DNA of 64,000 nt from positions 448,001 to 512,000 of the forward strand of contig OZ253449.1 of the NCBI GenBank assembly GCA_965261345.1, given 5' to 3'. Each line of letters opens with the position of its first letter. Within the stretch, counting starts at the first letter, position 1. The DNA comes from Chloroflexota bacterium (GTDB taxonomy: Bacteria; Chloroflexota; UBA11872; VXNJ01). Below, piece after piece: positions 17,333 through 26,818 of the stretch. The notes beneath the pieces were generated by a model. That model did no database searches, was not told where the DNA came from, and saw nothing but the letters and a program-made list of their open reading frames with translations. The position numbers and the translations under genes were made by a program.

Positions 17333-18429
17333 CGAATTGCTCCGCGCAGGCGATCACCCAATCCGATTGCCTTGCCATTGTCCAGTTCGGCCAGCCGCTT
17401 ATACAAGCGCCGCTGATCGCCACTTAATTTTTTGGGTATCTGCACCCGCGCGACAACATAATGGTCTCCACGCCGCTGTCCACGCGGTCCCGGCGCACCC
17501 CGCCCGGCCAATCGGATTGAATCACCCGGCTGGGTGCCAGCACCGAATTTGACTTCATGCGTGCCGTCTACGGTTTCCACTTCGACCTTGACTCCCAGCA
17601 CCGCTTCGGCGACGCTGAGGAGGACTTCCGATTGAAGTTGACGCCCGTGCCGGGAAATCGTCGGGTGGTCTTCAACGGCAACGATCAGGTAGAGGTCGCC
17701 CGGCGGCCCGCCATTGATTCCACTGTCGCCCTGACCCGAAACACGGATCTCGGTGCCGTTGTCGACCCCGCCCGGGATATTTACTTCAAGCGCGCGGGTG
17801 CGTTCGGTCAATCCCGCGGCCGAGCAGGTCGAGCAGGGGCGCTCGGCGATCTTGCCGGCCCCGCCGCAATGGCGACAACTCGTAATGTTTACGAACTGGC
17901 CAAGAATCGACCGGGTCGCGGTCCGCAACTCGCCCGAACCGCCGCAATCAGGGCAAGTTACCAACTCGCTACCGCGGTCCAGTCCGCTGCCCTGGCAATC
18001 GTCGCAGAGTTCCTGTCGCTCAACCGAAATCGAAACTTTCCGCCCATGGATGGCGGCGAGGAATTCAAGGTCGATGCGCTGCTGCAGGTCGCGCCCACGC
18101 TGCGGGGCGTCGGCGCGACGGCCGCCGCGGCCAAAGAAGACGTCGAAAATGTCACCGAAACCCGGGATGTCAACCCCAGCGACTCCGCGGGAGGCGCCGG
18201 ACTGCAAGCCCCTCCAACCGAACTGGTCGTAGCGCTGGCGCTTTTCCGGATCCTTTAGGACGTCATAGGCGCCCTGGATCTCCTTGAAAGCCTCTTCGGA
18301 ACCCGGCTCGCGGTTTACATCGGGGTGGTGTTTGCGAGCCAGGCCCCGGTAGGCCCGCGAGACCTCCTTGGGCGCGGCGTTGCGCTCAAGCCCAAGGACT
18401 TCGTAGGGATCACGCGGTGCGGCCATCAA
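17329..18429 (-). CDS. dnaJ: Chaperone DnaJ (class A, four zinc-finger repeats)
   Basis: J-domain HHPD; CDDCQGSG, CPDCGGSG, CRHCGGAG, CSTCSAAG; C-terminal substrate domain. Confidence 0.95.
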   Translation of the reverse strand: MMAAPRDPYEVLGLERNAAPKEVSRAYRGLARKHHPDVNREPGSEEAFKEIQGAYDVLKDPEKRQRYDQFGWRGLQSGASRGVAGVDIPGFGDIFDVFFGRGGRRADAPQRGRDLQQRIDLEFLAAIHGRKVSISVERQELCDDCQGSGLDRGSELVTCPDCGGSGELRTATRSILGQFVNITSCRHCGGAGKIAERPCSTCSAAGLTERTRALEVNIPGGVDNGTEIRVSGQGDSGINGGPPGDLYLIVAVEDHPTISRHGRQLQSEVLLSVAEAVLGVKVEVETVDGTHEVKFGAGTQPGDSIRLAGRGAPGPRGQRRGDHYVVARVQIPKKLSGDQRRLYKRLAELDNGKAIGLGDRLRGAIR

Positions 18430-19064
18430 TCTGCCTTCGCGGGCCCTTCGACATCAGCCTCAGCGGCGTCGATCGGCGCTTGACAACCCGGTTCGTCAGA
18501 ATCGTCCTCGCACGATTGGGGGTTGGCGCCAACCCGAACCAAGGCCGGTCGGATCACCCGTTCGCCAATCTTGTAACCGGTCTGATACTGGCGGACAACG
18601 TAATTTGGGGTTTCGGACCCGTCGGTATCGACGGCTTGGTGAAACGCTGGGTCGAACCGATTGCCCTCGGCGGCAATCGGTTCGACCGAGTGCGAGGAAA
18701 GCAGCATTCCGAAGTACTGCCGGGTCAATACCAATCCCTCAAGGAAAGAAAAACCGGTTAGTTCGGGCGGGACCGAGGCCAGCGCCCGGTCGAGATGATC
18801 AATCGCCGAAAGCAGGTCACCGGCAAAACCTGCGATCGCAAATCGCGCGGTCTCCTCGACCCGTTGGTTCGAGCGTCGCTTGAGATTGGCAAGATCGGCC
18901 TGGGCGCGCGTCAACCGCGTCAGCAAATCATCAATGCGGTCCTGCAGGGCCTGGCTCGGACCATCGGATTGGTCCGTCGTCGTGACTGGCGGCTCGGACG
19001 CGGGTGCTTGTTCAGGCAACTTTCTAGACGGCTCCTGCTGCAATTGGATACGGTGTCGGATCAA
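18426..19064 (-). CDS. grpE: Nucleotide exchange factor GrpE (start may be TTG at 19019)
   Basis: RAQADLANLKRR, DHLDRAL, FDPAFHQAV, GYKIGERVIRPALVRV. Confidence 0.9.
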   Translation of the reverse strand: MIRHRIQLQQEPSRKLPEQAPASEPPVTTTDQSDGPSQALQDRIDDLLTRLTRAQADLANLKRRSNQRVEETARFAIAGFAGDLLSAIDHLDRALASVPPELTGFSFLEGLVLTRQYFGMLLSSHSVEPIAAEGNRFDPAFHQAVDTDGSETPNYVVRQYQTGYKIGERVIRPALVRVGANPQSCEDDSDEPGCQAPIDAAEADVEGPAKAD

Positions 19065-19157
19065 TCCCGACTTGTCGGCAATCCGTTGCTGCGCGACAAA
19101 TTGCTTGCCGAATATACGCAGTCTGCAAGTTCAACGGTGGGCAACCCGATCCAAACT

Positions 19158-21344
19158 TCAGGCGAGCACCCAGACAACTCCGGAAGCGCCGAGCACAACC
19201 AGTTGATTGCCGCGCAGCGCCAGCGATCGCGGGGCCGGAATTGAAGCCGCCACCAGCCCATTGTCCGGATCGGTTGAATCTATCAGGGTTTGCCGCCCGG
19301 ATGGGGCGATCTGATCCAGGCGGCCGACAGATTCGCCAGCCACGTATATGGTCCCGCCCTCGGCTATTGCCATCCCTCCTGCATCTTCCACATCTTCAGC
19401 AACGACCTGGATCAGGCCATCCGCCGGCGAGACCGCAAGTATCCGACCGCTGCCGTTTTCAGAAATGTAAATGAGGCCCTCGCCGCCAACGGCCACCGCC
19501 GCAGGGTTGGCCAACGTGGTGTTCAGGGCCGATTGACCGACCCCGGCAGGTCCATACTCTCCATTGCCGGCAAACAGCGAAATCTGGCCGGTCGGGTCGA
19601 GTCGCGCAATCCGATTAACCGCAGAATCGGCAATATAGATTGCCCCGCCAGCGTCCACTGCCATCCCGGCCACGTCGAAGAGGCTGATCGAGATGGCGGG
19701 TCCACCATCGCCCACGTCACCGGGCCGGCCATTACCGGCAATGGTTGAAATCACCCCGCAGGGGTCGATTTGTCGGATTCGAAAATTCCCGGCGTCAAAA
19801 AAATAAACATTGCCGACGGCATCGGCCAGCACCGTTTTAGGCGACGAGAGCACGGCAAACGTCGCCAAGCCGCCATCCCCGCGAAAGGCCGCCTCGCCAG
19901 ATCCGGCAACGGTTTCCACAATCCCGCCGGCAACGCGGCGAATTCGGTTGTTACCGGTGTCGGCGATATACAACCCGGAGGGACCGATGGCGATCGAATC
20001 AGGCCCGGCAAAGTTGGCGGCGGCGACCGGCAGCCCGTCGCCGCCGAATCCGAACCCGGTCCGTCCGAACCACTCGATCGCTCCAATTGAATTGCCCGTC
20101 AATCCAGGCTGGAACGGGAGCGGGCTCGGATCAGCCCGGCAGTTCGCACTACCCTCGTCGGGCCCGACGGAGGCCAGCCGATCAACCCGGCCGGTGAGTT
20201 GGCCAAGCAAGTAGATCGCCCCGTCCGGCCCCAGGGCTATGTCGATCGGACGATCCAATTGCGCCTCACGGGCCGGATCGCCAGCGATTGCCGGTCCGGC
20301 GGTGGCTAGACCGGCATAAGTGTGTATTAGGCCCTCGGGCGTAATTACGCGAATCGCGGCGTTGTTCCAATCCGCCACGTACAGGTATCCGCCGGCATCG
20401 ATGTCGACGGCGCGGGGAGCGTTCAGTTGGGCCGCGACAGCCGGTCCGCCATCGCCGCTGCGGCCCGGCAAACCGGTTCCGGCGATTGTCGAAACGATTC
20501 CGTCTGGGTCGATCCGACGGATAACGTGTCCATCCTGCTCGGTCAAAAAAATCGATCCGTCAGGACCTATCACCAGATCCGACGGCCGATCGAACGACGC
20601 TGCCAGGGCCGACCCTCCGTCACCACCGGAACCACGTGCGCCGGTGCCGGCGTAGGTTGTAACCGCGCCACTGCGATCGACGCGACGCACGCGGTTGTTG
20701 CCGCGGTCGGCAACGTACAGATTGCCCGAACCGTCGAGCGCCAGCCCGGCGATCCCGTTGAACTGGGCTACTCCCAGCCCTTCCGGATCATCGGCCAACC
20801 CCGGCTGCTCCAGACCCGCCAGCAATGAAATGTACCCGTCGGTCGAAATATGGCGAATCTGCGAGCGCGACGCAAAAAATATCCCGTAACGGGAATGTGC
20901 CGCCAAACGGCCGGGATCGAGCAGCCCTGACTGGGTAGCCGGGCCGTCGCTGCCGCTCGTTCGAGTGCCGTTTCCGGCGATCACTTCAAGCCGTCCATCG
21001 CGGCCGATCTGGACGATCCGTGAAAGGGTTTGATCGCTGATATAGGTGCTTCCCAGCTCATCGACCGCGATCCCGGCCAGATGGAGCGGAATTCCGACTC
21101 CGGATTCGTCGCCGTGCGCAGCGGCAAACTCAGTCACATGCTCAAATATTGGGTTGCCTAAGGGATGCCGAAAGGCGGTCCGCGGGGCCGGGGCCGGGGC
21201 CGGGGCGATCACCTCTGGGATCGGTTCGACCACCGTCGGTCTGGGCGGTTCGATTGGTGCGGGGGAAGTTCCACAACCGCCAACCAGTCCGGCCAGGATC
21301 AGCGCCAAGCCGACTCCAAGGCACAACCTCAACCGGCGGCTCAA
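19158..21344 (-). CDS. NHL-repeat (beta-propeller) lipoprotein
   Basis: Signal peptide with lipobox LVGGC, Pro-rich linker, many repeats of type GDGGPA..AQL..P..LALD..GNLYVAD..N.RIRRI...G..ST.AG.G. Confidence 0.88.
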   Translation of the reverse strand: MSRRLRLCLGVGLALILAGLVGGCGTSPAPIEPPRPTVVEPIPEVIAPAPAPAPRTAFRHPLGNPIFEHVTEFAAAHGDESGVGIPLHLAGIAVDELGSTYISDQTLSRIVQIGRDGRLEVIAGNGTRTSGSDGPATQSGLLDPGRLAAHSRYGIFFASRSQIRHISTDGYISLLAGLEQPGLADDPEGLGVAQFNGIAGLALDGSGNLYVADRGNNRVRRVDRSGAVTTYAGTGARGSGGDGGSALAASFDRPSDLVIGPDGSIFLTEQDGHVIRRIDPDGIVSTIAGTGLPGRSGDGGPAVAAQLNAPRAVDIDAGGYLYVADWNNAAIRVITPEGLIHTYAGLATAGPAIAGDPAREAQLDRPIDIALGPDGAIYLLGQLTGRVDRLASVGPDEGSANCRADPSPLPFQPGLTGNSIGAIEWFGRTGFGFGGDGLPVAAANFAGPDSIAIGPSGLYIADTGNNRIRRVAGGIVETVAGSGEAAFRGDGGLATFAVLSSPKTVLADAVGNVYFFDAGNFRIRQIDPCGVISTIAGNGRPGDVGDGGPAISISLFDVAGMAVDAGGAIYIADSAVNRIARLDPTGQISLFAGNGEYGPAGVGQSALNTTLANPAAVAVGGEGLIYISENGSGRILAVSPADGLIQVVAEDVEDAGGMAIAEGGTIYVAGESVGRLDQIAPSGRQTLIDSTDPDNGLVAASIPAPRSLALRGNQLVVLGASGVVWVLA

Positions 21345-21679
21345 TTTCCGCTGGCGGCACCGCCGGCGTCGGCTAGATTTTCAACCTCGGCTTCAGACAG
21401 CAGACGCCCGCCCTCAACCTTGGACTCAATCAGCTGCCTGCGCGAATCAAACTCAAGCCACACCCGGGCTGGGCGGAAAGTTTTTTGTCCCATGACCTGC
21501 TTGGCGCAGACGTAGTGGGTGGGGGTATCGTGCGACGACCCGGGCGCAAATTCCTGGGTCAAATCGTTATTTACGTCTACCCGCAGCTTGATCACTTCGT
21601 GGCTGCGATCCAACTCGACGTGGATGTAGAGGCCGTCGTCGCGTTGCGGTGAACCAAAAAAACCCAAGCGCCTGCTCAT
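21341..21679 (-). CDS. Hypothetical protein (112 aa)
   Basis: ATG-initiated ORF with normal composition; its stop overlaps the NHL gene start (TTGA). Confidence 0.75.
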   Translation of the reverse strand: MSRRLGFFGSPQRDDGLYIHVELDRSHEVIKLRVDVNNDLTQEFAPGSSHDTPTHYVCAKQVMGQKTFRPARVWLEFDSRRQLIESKVEGGRLLSEAEVENLADAGGAASGN

Positions 21680-21789
21680 TTCGGCAATTGCGAGGTAACG
21701 CCCGCTAGCGGGACCGCCGTTTCGCGCCTAACATTAAATTTTGCCGCAAAATCGCCGGCTCACCGAAACCCACAACAGTTACATCACCG

Positions 21790-23166
21790 ATGGCTATCGC
21801 CTTACCCAGGCCCTCAAAGGCCCCTCCGGATACCGCCCCAACCGCCGCCGGGCGGCATCGTTTCTATATCTGGACCGCCGGGTGCCAGATGAACAAGGAC
21901 GATTCCGAACGCATCGCGCGAGCGTTGGTTACCGCCGGACACGTGCCGGTTTCGCATCCCGACCGCGCGTCATTCGTAATCCTTAACGGATGCAGCGTTC
22001 GCGACAATTCGGACCGCAAGACCTTCGGTCGAATCGGTGCTCTGGCGGCCCGCAAACGCCGGCAATCCGGTCTGCAGGTAGCCCTGACCGGTTGCACAGT
22101 CCGCGCCACGCAAGCCGAATTGGCTCCCCATGCGCCCAAACTGGATCTGATATTTGATTCGAACCAGGTTGATGAGCTGCTCGAGCATATGTCCACCCGC
22201 CCCGGGCCGGTGGTCGACGACTGGGAAGATTACTCGCCGCAGGATCTGCCCGGCTTTGGCAGCCCCGCCCGCTACGTAACCATCATCTACGGTTGCTCCA
22301 AAAGGTGCACCTTTTGCATAGTGCCCTTCCGACGCGGTGGCGAGCGATCGCGGGCACCAGATCAAATCGAGGCCGAAATGATGGCCAAGGCGGCCGAAGG
22401 CGCGGTCGAGATAACCCTGCTCGGTCAGATCGTCAACCGCTATGGGCGGGACCTAGCCGAGGGAATCGACCTGGCTGGCCTGCTCACTCGGCTGGATCGA
22501 CAAGCGATCGTTCCGCGGCTGCGGTTTCTTACCGCCCATCCGCGTCATTTCGACCGCTCCCTGGCCGAGGCGATGGCCGCCTGCCCGACCGTGCTCGAGG
22601 AGATCAACCTGCCGGTGCAATCGGGCGACGACCAAGTCCTGCGCCGGATGGGCCGGGGTTACGACTCCGCTTGGTATCTGGAAATGATCGCGATGTTGCG
22701 CGCCACCGTCCCCCGTGTATCCATCTCAACTGACGTGATCACTGGATTCCCGGGCGAGACCGAGGAGCAGTTTAAGGCGACCTTGCGCCTACTGGAGCAG
22801 GTCGAATTTGACGTCGTCCACATCGCCGCGTTCTCTCCGCGGATTGGTACCGTGGCCGATCGCTGGGGCGACGATATCGACCCTGCCGTCAAGATGGAGC
22901 GGCTGCACCGTTGCGAAGATTTGCAGGCCCGGATCGCCCGGTCGATCAATGACCGCCTGGTGGGTTCAATCCAGCAAGTGTTATTTGAGGAACTTCAGCC
23001 CGAGCGCGCTTTGGGCGCCGGTCCGCGCTGGATGGGCCGAACCCGCGGCAACAAGCTGGTATTTTGCCCCGGCGACGAAGAGATTAGCGTCGGTGCAATC
23101 ATGGACACTGAAATCACCGACGCCACCGCCTGGTCCCTGCGCGGTGCGATCCGGAGAAACGCCTAA
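21790..23166 (+). CDS. miaB: tRNA i6A37 methylthiotransferase
   Basis: GCQMNKDDS, NGCSVR, TGC, GCSKRCTFCIVP, LLGQIVN, C-terminal TRAM domain (GRTRGNKLV). Confidence 0.92.
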   Translation: MAIALPRPSKAPPDTAPTAAGRHRFYIWTAGCQMNKDDSERIARALVTAGHVPVSHPDRASFVILNGCSVRDNSDRKTFGRIGALAARKRRQSGLQVALTGCTVRATQAELAPHAPKLDLIFDSNQVDELLEHMSTRPGPVVDDWEDYSPQDLPGFGSPARYVTIIYGCSKRCTFCIVPFRRGGERSRAPDQIEAEMMAKAAEGAVEITLLGQIVNRYGRDLAEGIDLAGLLTRLDRQAIVPRLRFLTAHPRHFDRSLAEAMAACPTVLEEINLPVQSGDDQVLRRMGRGYDSAWYLEMIAMLRATVPRVSISTDVITGFPGETEEQFKATLRLLEQVEFDVVHIAAFSPRIGTVADRWGDDIDPAVKMERLHRCEDLQARIARSINDRLVGSIQQVLFEELQPERALGAGPRWMGRTRGNKLVFCPGDEEISVGAIMDTEITDATAWSLRGAIRRNA

Positions 23167-23199
23167 ATCAGACCCCGCGGGCCGAAAATCACCCGCCGG

Positions 23200-24966
23200 T
23201 TGCTCCTGCTAGCCGGTGGTGCCTGGGCACTTGCAGGATGCCAGGCCGCGGCCACCGTCCCGGATCCGATCCAGCTGGTTAGGCCCTACTGGCGACCCGC
23301 CTTGCAGGGTGCGGCGGAGGCGATAGAGCTGCTGCGATTGATGGAAGCCAACACCCGTTCGATCGCCGCCGGATTGATATCACTGCGGCAGTATGCCCTG
23401 GCCGCGAGCCGCTATGGCCAGGCCGCCAGCGCGATCGGCCACTCCCTGGCCCAACTTGAACCGCCGCCGAGTGCAACCGCCGCCCACCGGCTGCTGCTGG
23501 CCGGCGCCGACGGAATTGTGAGGGTGGTGGCTGGATTGACCGCATTTTTGGAGGACGAGGATCTGCGTCGGGTTGTCACCGCGGTAAAAACTTTGAGCCA
23601 GATCCGAACCGACCTCTTTGATTTCGTGGCCGCTATCGAAGATCGCAACTCGCAGCTGGCGATGAATGAGCAACTCTCGGTGCTAGGAGATATCCAATTC
23701 CATCCCGAAACTGTTACCGTTTTCATGGTTCTGGTTGGCGAATTCCTCTCCACGGTAGACGTTCGGGCCCGCCTTGCGCGTTTTCAGCCGGATGCCGAGT
23801 TGTCTTCGCGCTATCCGGGCTGGGCCGAGGTCGGCCGTTTCGGCGCCGCGGCAGACGCCAATTTGTCCGCCGAATTGTGGGACGAGCGCGGGTTCCGGGT
23901 CCGCATTGAGCTCGGCCCCGATATTGCCGTTGGCGTCACCGTTGACCGCGCACCTCTAACCAACCGCAGTTGGCGCGAACTCATCTGGTTCAACGATCTG
24001 CCGTTCTCGGCGGTTGCGGCGGCCGCCGATCACAGCGGCAGTACGGTGGCCGTGATTTCACGATCCGGCCAGATTGTCGCCATCAATGGCGTCGGTGAAC
24101 TGGTCTGGCAACGCGACCTAAATTTCCCAGCCGACGGAGTGGCGATCGACTCCGACGGGTCCACCACCGTGGGTTACGGGTTTTTCCTGGCCCCGCTGGA
24201 CTCGACCGGGGAACCTCTTTGGTCGCAGATAAAGGATCAGCCCGACAATCAGATCATTGAGAGCATCGCTTTTGCCGACGATGGTCTGATGCTGGTTCGC
24301 ACCAGCAACAATCGAAATGAGGGCGGTGCCTTCATCCATCGTCAGGACGGACGCCGCTGGCGGCTTGACGCCGGTCCGTATCCCGATGGCGTTGGATCGG
24401 CAAAGGTTTCGTCGGCGGGCTCCCACCTGGCAGTCGCAAATTTCAATCCTCGCCAGGACCCGGTTGTGGCGATCTACGGCGTGGAGGACCAGGTAACTAG
24501 CGAAATCGCGGTGTTTAAGGCGAGCTCGCCAATTACGGCGCTGGAAATCTCGGTCGACGGTTCGCGGGTGGTTATGGCGACTGAATACGGCCTGGAGATT
24601 TACTCGGCCCGCGACGGGACGTTACTTTATCGCGCACCGCTGCCAATATTGGGTCTGCGGATCGATCCGCTCGGGCGGATCGCCTACGTTAGCACTCCGT
24701 CCGGACTGAAGGCTTACGGCCTGGATGGCCAGTTGGTCTGGAGCAACTCTGACTTTGCCCCGTTGCGGTTCGAGGTGTCGGCCAACTACCTGGCGGCAAT
24801 TACCGCCCCGACCAGCGTGAGTGTGCTGACCGCCACCGGATCGCATATCGGCGACGCCACCACCCTCGCGCCGATCTCGGCAATCGCCATGGCCCGCAAC
24901 GCCGACATCCTCTATGCCGCAAGCGCCGAACAGCGCCTGCAGGCCTGGCGCCTGCCTCCGTCATAA
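23200..24966 (+). CDS. Putative lipoprotein with helical domain, SPOR-like segment and C-terminal beta-propeller; true start uncertain (possibly near 23167)
   Basis: Lipobox LAGC; WD/PQQ-like repeats (G.LVW, G.LLY, LQAW) in the C-terminal half. Confidence 0.7.
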   Translation: MLLLAGGAWALAGCQAAATVPDPIQLVRPYWRPALQGAAEAIELLRLMEANTRSIAAGLISLRQYALAASRYGQAASAIGHSLAQLEPPPSATAAHRLLLAGADGIVRVVAGLTAFLEDEDLRRVVTAVKTLSQIRTDLFDFVAAIEDRNSQLAMNEQLSVLGDIQFHPETVTVFMVLVGEFLSTVDVRARLARFQPDAELSSRYPGWAEVGRFGAAADANLSAELWDERGFRVRIELGPDIAVGVTVDRAPLTNRSWRELIWFNDLPFSAVAAAADHSGSTVAVISRSGQIVAINGVGELVWQRDLNFPADGVAIDSDGSTTVGYGFFLAPLDSTGEPLWSQIKDQPDNQIIESIAFADDGLMLVRTSNNRNEGGAFIHRQDGRRWRLDAGPYPDGVGSAKVSSAGSHLAVANFNPRQDPVVAIYGVEDQVTSEIAVFKASSPITALEISVDGSRVVMATEYGLEIYSARDGTLLYRAPLPILGLRIDPLGRIAYVSTPSGLKAYGLDGQLVWSNSDFAPLRFEVSANYLAAITAPTSVSVLTATGSHIGDATTLAPISAIAMARNADILYAASAEQRLQAWRLPPS

Positions 24967-25034
24967 CCCGCAACAACCGTCGACCCGGGCGATCGTGCCC
25001 GGTCGCCGAAATCAAACTCGAAAGGATCCAATCG

Positions 25035-26237
25035 ATGTCAATTAAAGTTAGCGACCTGCAACCGGCCGAGCAGGATCGGGCCCTGGCCCTCATGAGCGAA
25101 TGCTCTGCCGGCGAGAGCCCCGCTTACTTCCGGAGATTCCACCAACTGTTTACGGGCGGGCGGCCACACCTTGCCCTGATCGCCAGCATCTCCGGGCAAA
25201 TGGCCGGATACCTGGAGGGGCACGAACGGGCCCACAATTTCGGCGACGGACAGATCCCCACCGCCAACATCGGGGCGATCTGTACCGCTGAGCGCTTCCG
25301 CCGGCAAGGCGTCGCCCGGGCCTTGCTAGCGGAGGCGTTGAGCCGGATTGACGGACGCCGCCATCCTCTGACCGGGATACACGCCGCCGTCCCCGAACTC
25401 TATGCCGCGTTTGGGTTTGTCGCGGTCCCATCCTCACATCTTGAGGTAATGGTTGGCGACACCCCGCCAGCCCCGGCGCGCGGATTTTCCTTTACGCCGG
25501 TTGAGGCCGGGAACCGGGACGAGCTCGATGAACTCTACGACTTATTTCGGCGTGACAACCGGCAATTGATCGGTCCGCTTGATCGATCGCGGCGGTACTT
25601 TGACGGCCAGCATGCCTGGATGGCCTGCCTGCCCCGTCAGTCGTATTGGGAAACCATCCGGCAGATGGGTCGTCCGGTCGGGTATCTGCGTTACCGGCTT
25701 GTCGACGACCGACTGGAACTGCTTGAGGTAATTTCCAGCGGGCGCGAACGCGGACGGGCGGCGGCGGCGCGCCTATTGCAAATTGCCAAGCTCGCCGGCG
25801 CCGGGTGTATCGTCGGCCGGATCGCCCCCAACGCCCCGGTGGTCGGCATGCTTGGCGAAATGGCTGATCTGGAGATTTCCCAACGGAACGAACACATGTT
25901 CCGGATCAACGACCTGCACCGATTGCTCTCGGTAGTCGAACCGGAGATACTGGCGCGCCGGCGCAGAATCACCGTCCCGGCAGGTGCGCTCAACCTGCGG
26001 ATCGGGAGTGAGTTGATTGGGCTGGAGTTTCCCTCAGCCGAGGTCCGGTTCGGCGAACCCGACCATTCCCGATCGACCGTGGAATTGAGCAACCAACAGT
26101 TTCTAGCGCTGCTCTTGGGCTGCCCGGGCAGCAATCGAGCGTTGCCACGGAGCGGGATGCGGGCTGACAGTTTGGCCCAGTTGCAGGTGATCTTTCCAGA
26201 GAACGGTTGGGTCGTCTGGGGCGCCGATCACTACTAG
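25035..26237 (+). CDS. GNAT acetyltransferase, Eis-like (tandem GNAT plus SCP2-like C-terminus)
   Basis: Acetyl-CoA motif ICTAERFRRQGVARALL, LYAAFGF, about 400 aa, C-terminal WGADHY. Confidence 0.75.
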   Translation: MSIKVSDLQPAEQDRALALMSECSAGESPAYFRRFHQLFTGGRPHLALIASISGQMAGYLEGHERAHNFGDGQIPTANIGAICTAERFRRQGVARALLAEALSRIDGRRHPLTGIHAAVPELYAAFGFVAVPSSHLEVMVGDTPPAPARGFSFTPVEAGNRDELDELYDLFRRDNRQLIGPLDRSRRYFDGQHAWMACLPRQSYWETIRQMGRPVGYLRYRLVDDRLELLEVISSGRERGRAAAARLLQIAKLAGAGCIVGRIAPNAPVVGMLGEMADLEISQRNEHMFRINDLHRLLSVVEPEILARRRRITVPAGALNLRIGSELIGLEFPSAEVRFGEPDHSRSTVELSNQQFLALLLGCPGSNRALPRSGMRADSLAQLQVIFPENGWVVWGADHY

Positions 26238-26333
26238 TGGCAAGGATCGACAAAACGCCAATCATAGAATTTTTGCCAATGCCTCAATCGGAAACTTTCC
26301 AATTATTGAGAGCAGTTTTATAAAGGAGATGCA

Positions 26334-26786
26334 ATGTCGTTAAACATCGGAGATATGGCGCCGGACTTCGAACTCTCGAACGGAGCTGGCGAAAAAGTCA
26401 AGCTTTCTGACTTCCGCGGCCAGAAAGTCGTAGTCGTCTTTTATCCGCTCGCTTTTTCGGGAATTTGCCAGAACGAAATGGTCGACTACAACTCCAAGGC
26501 CGACCAGATCCGGGCCAACGGGGCCAAAGTTCTTGGGATATCGGTTGACAGCCATTTTGCAGTCGGAGCATTTTCCGATGCACTGGGATTGGACGAATCG
26601 ATTACTCTGCTCTCAGATTTTCATGCCCATTCGGCCGGCCAAGCCTACGGAGCCTACAACGCGGAGTTGGGCATCCATGAGCGCTTAACGGTCGTAGTCG
26701 ACGAAGATGGCCGGATCATTTACAAGGTTCACAACGCCCCGCTCGAGCGCCGTGACGAGAGCGAGGCGCTAGCCGCCCTAAAATAA
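26334..26786 (+). CDS. ahpE: Peroxiredoxin, AhpE-like 1-Cys
   Basis: [22 protein letters not shown] with the only Cys, LGISVDS, LLSDF. Confidence 0.8.
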   Translation: MSLNIGDMAPDFELSNGAGEKVKLSDFRGQKVVVVFYPLAFSGICQNEMVDYNSKADQIRANGAKVLGISVDSHFAVGAFSDALGLDESITLLSDFHAHSAGQAYGAYNAELGIHERLTVVVDEDGRIIYKVHNAPLERRDESEALAALK

Positions 26787-26818
26787 CCGGCCCGAACCGG
26801 TCCGGTCTGCCGACCGGG

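Noticed and set aside
21184-21206. GGGGCC tandem repeat
   Set aside because: Encodes the PAPAPAP linker of the NHL lipoprotein
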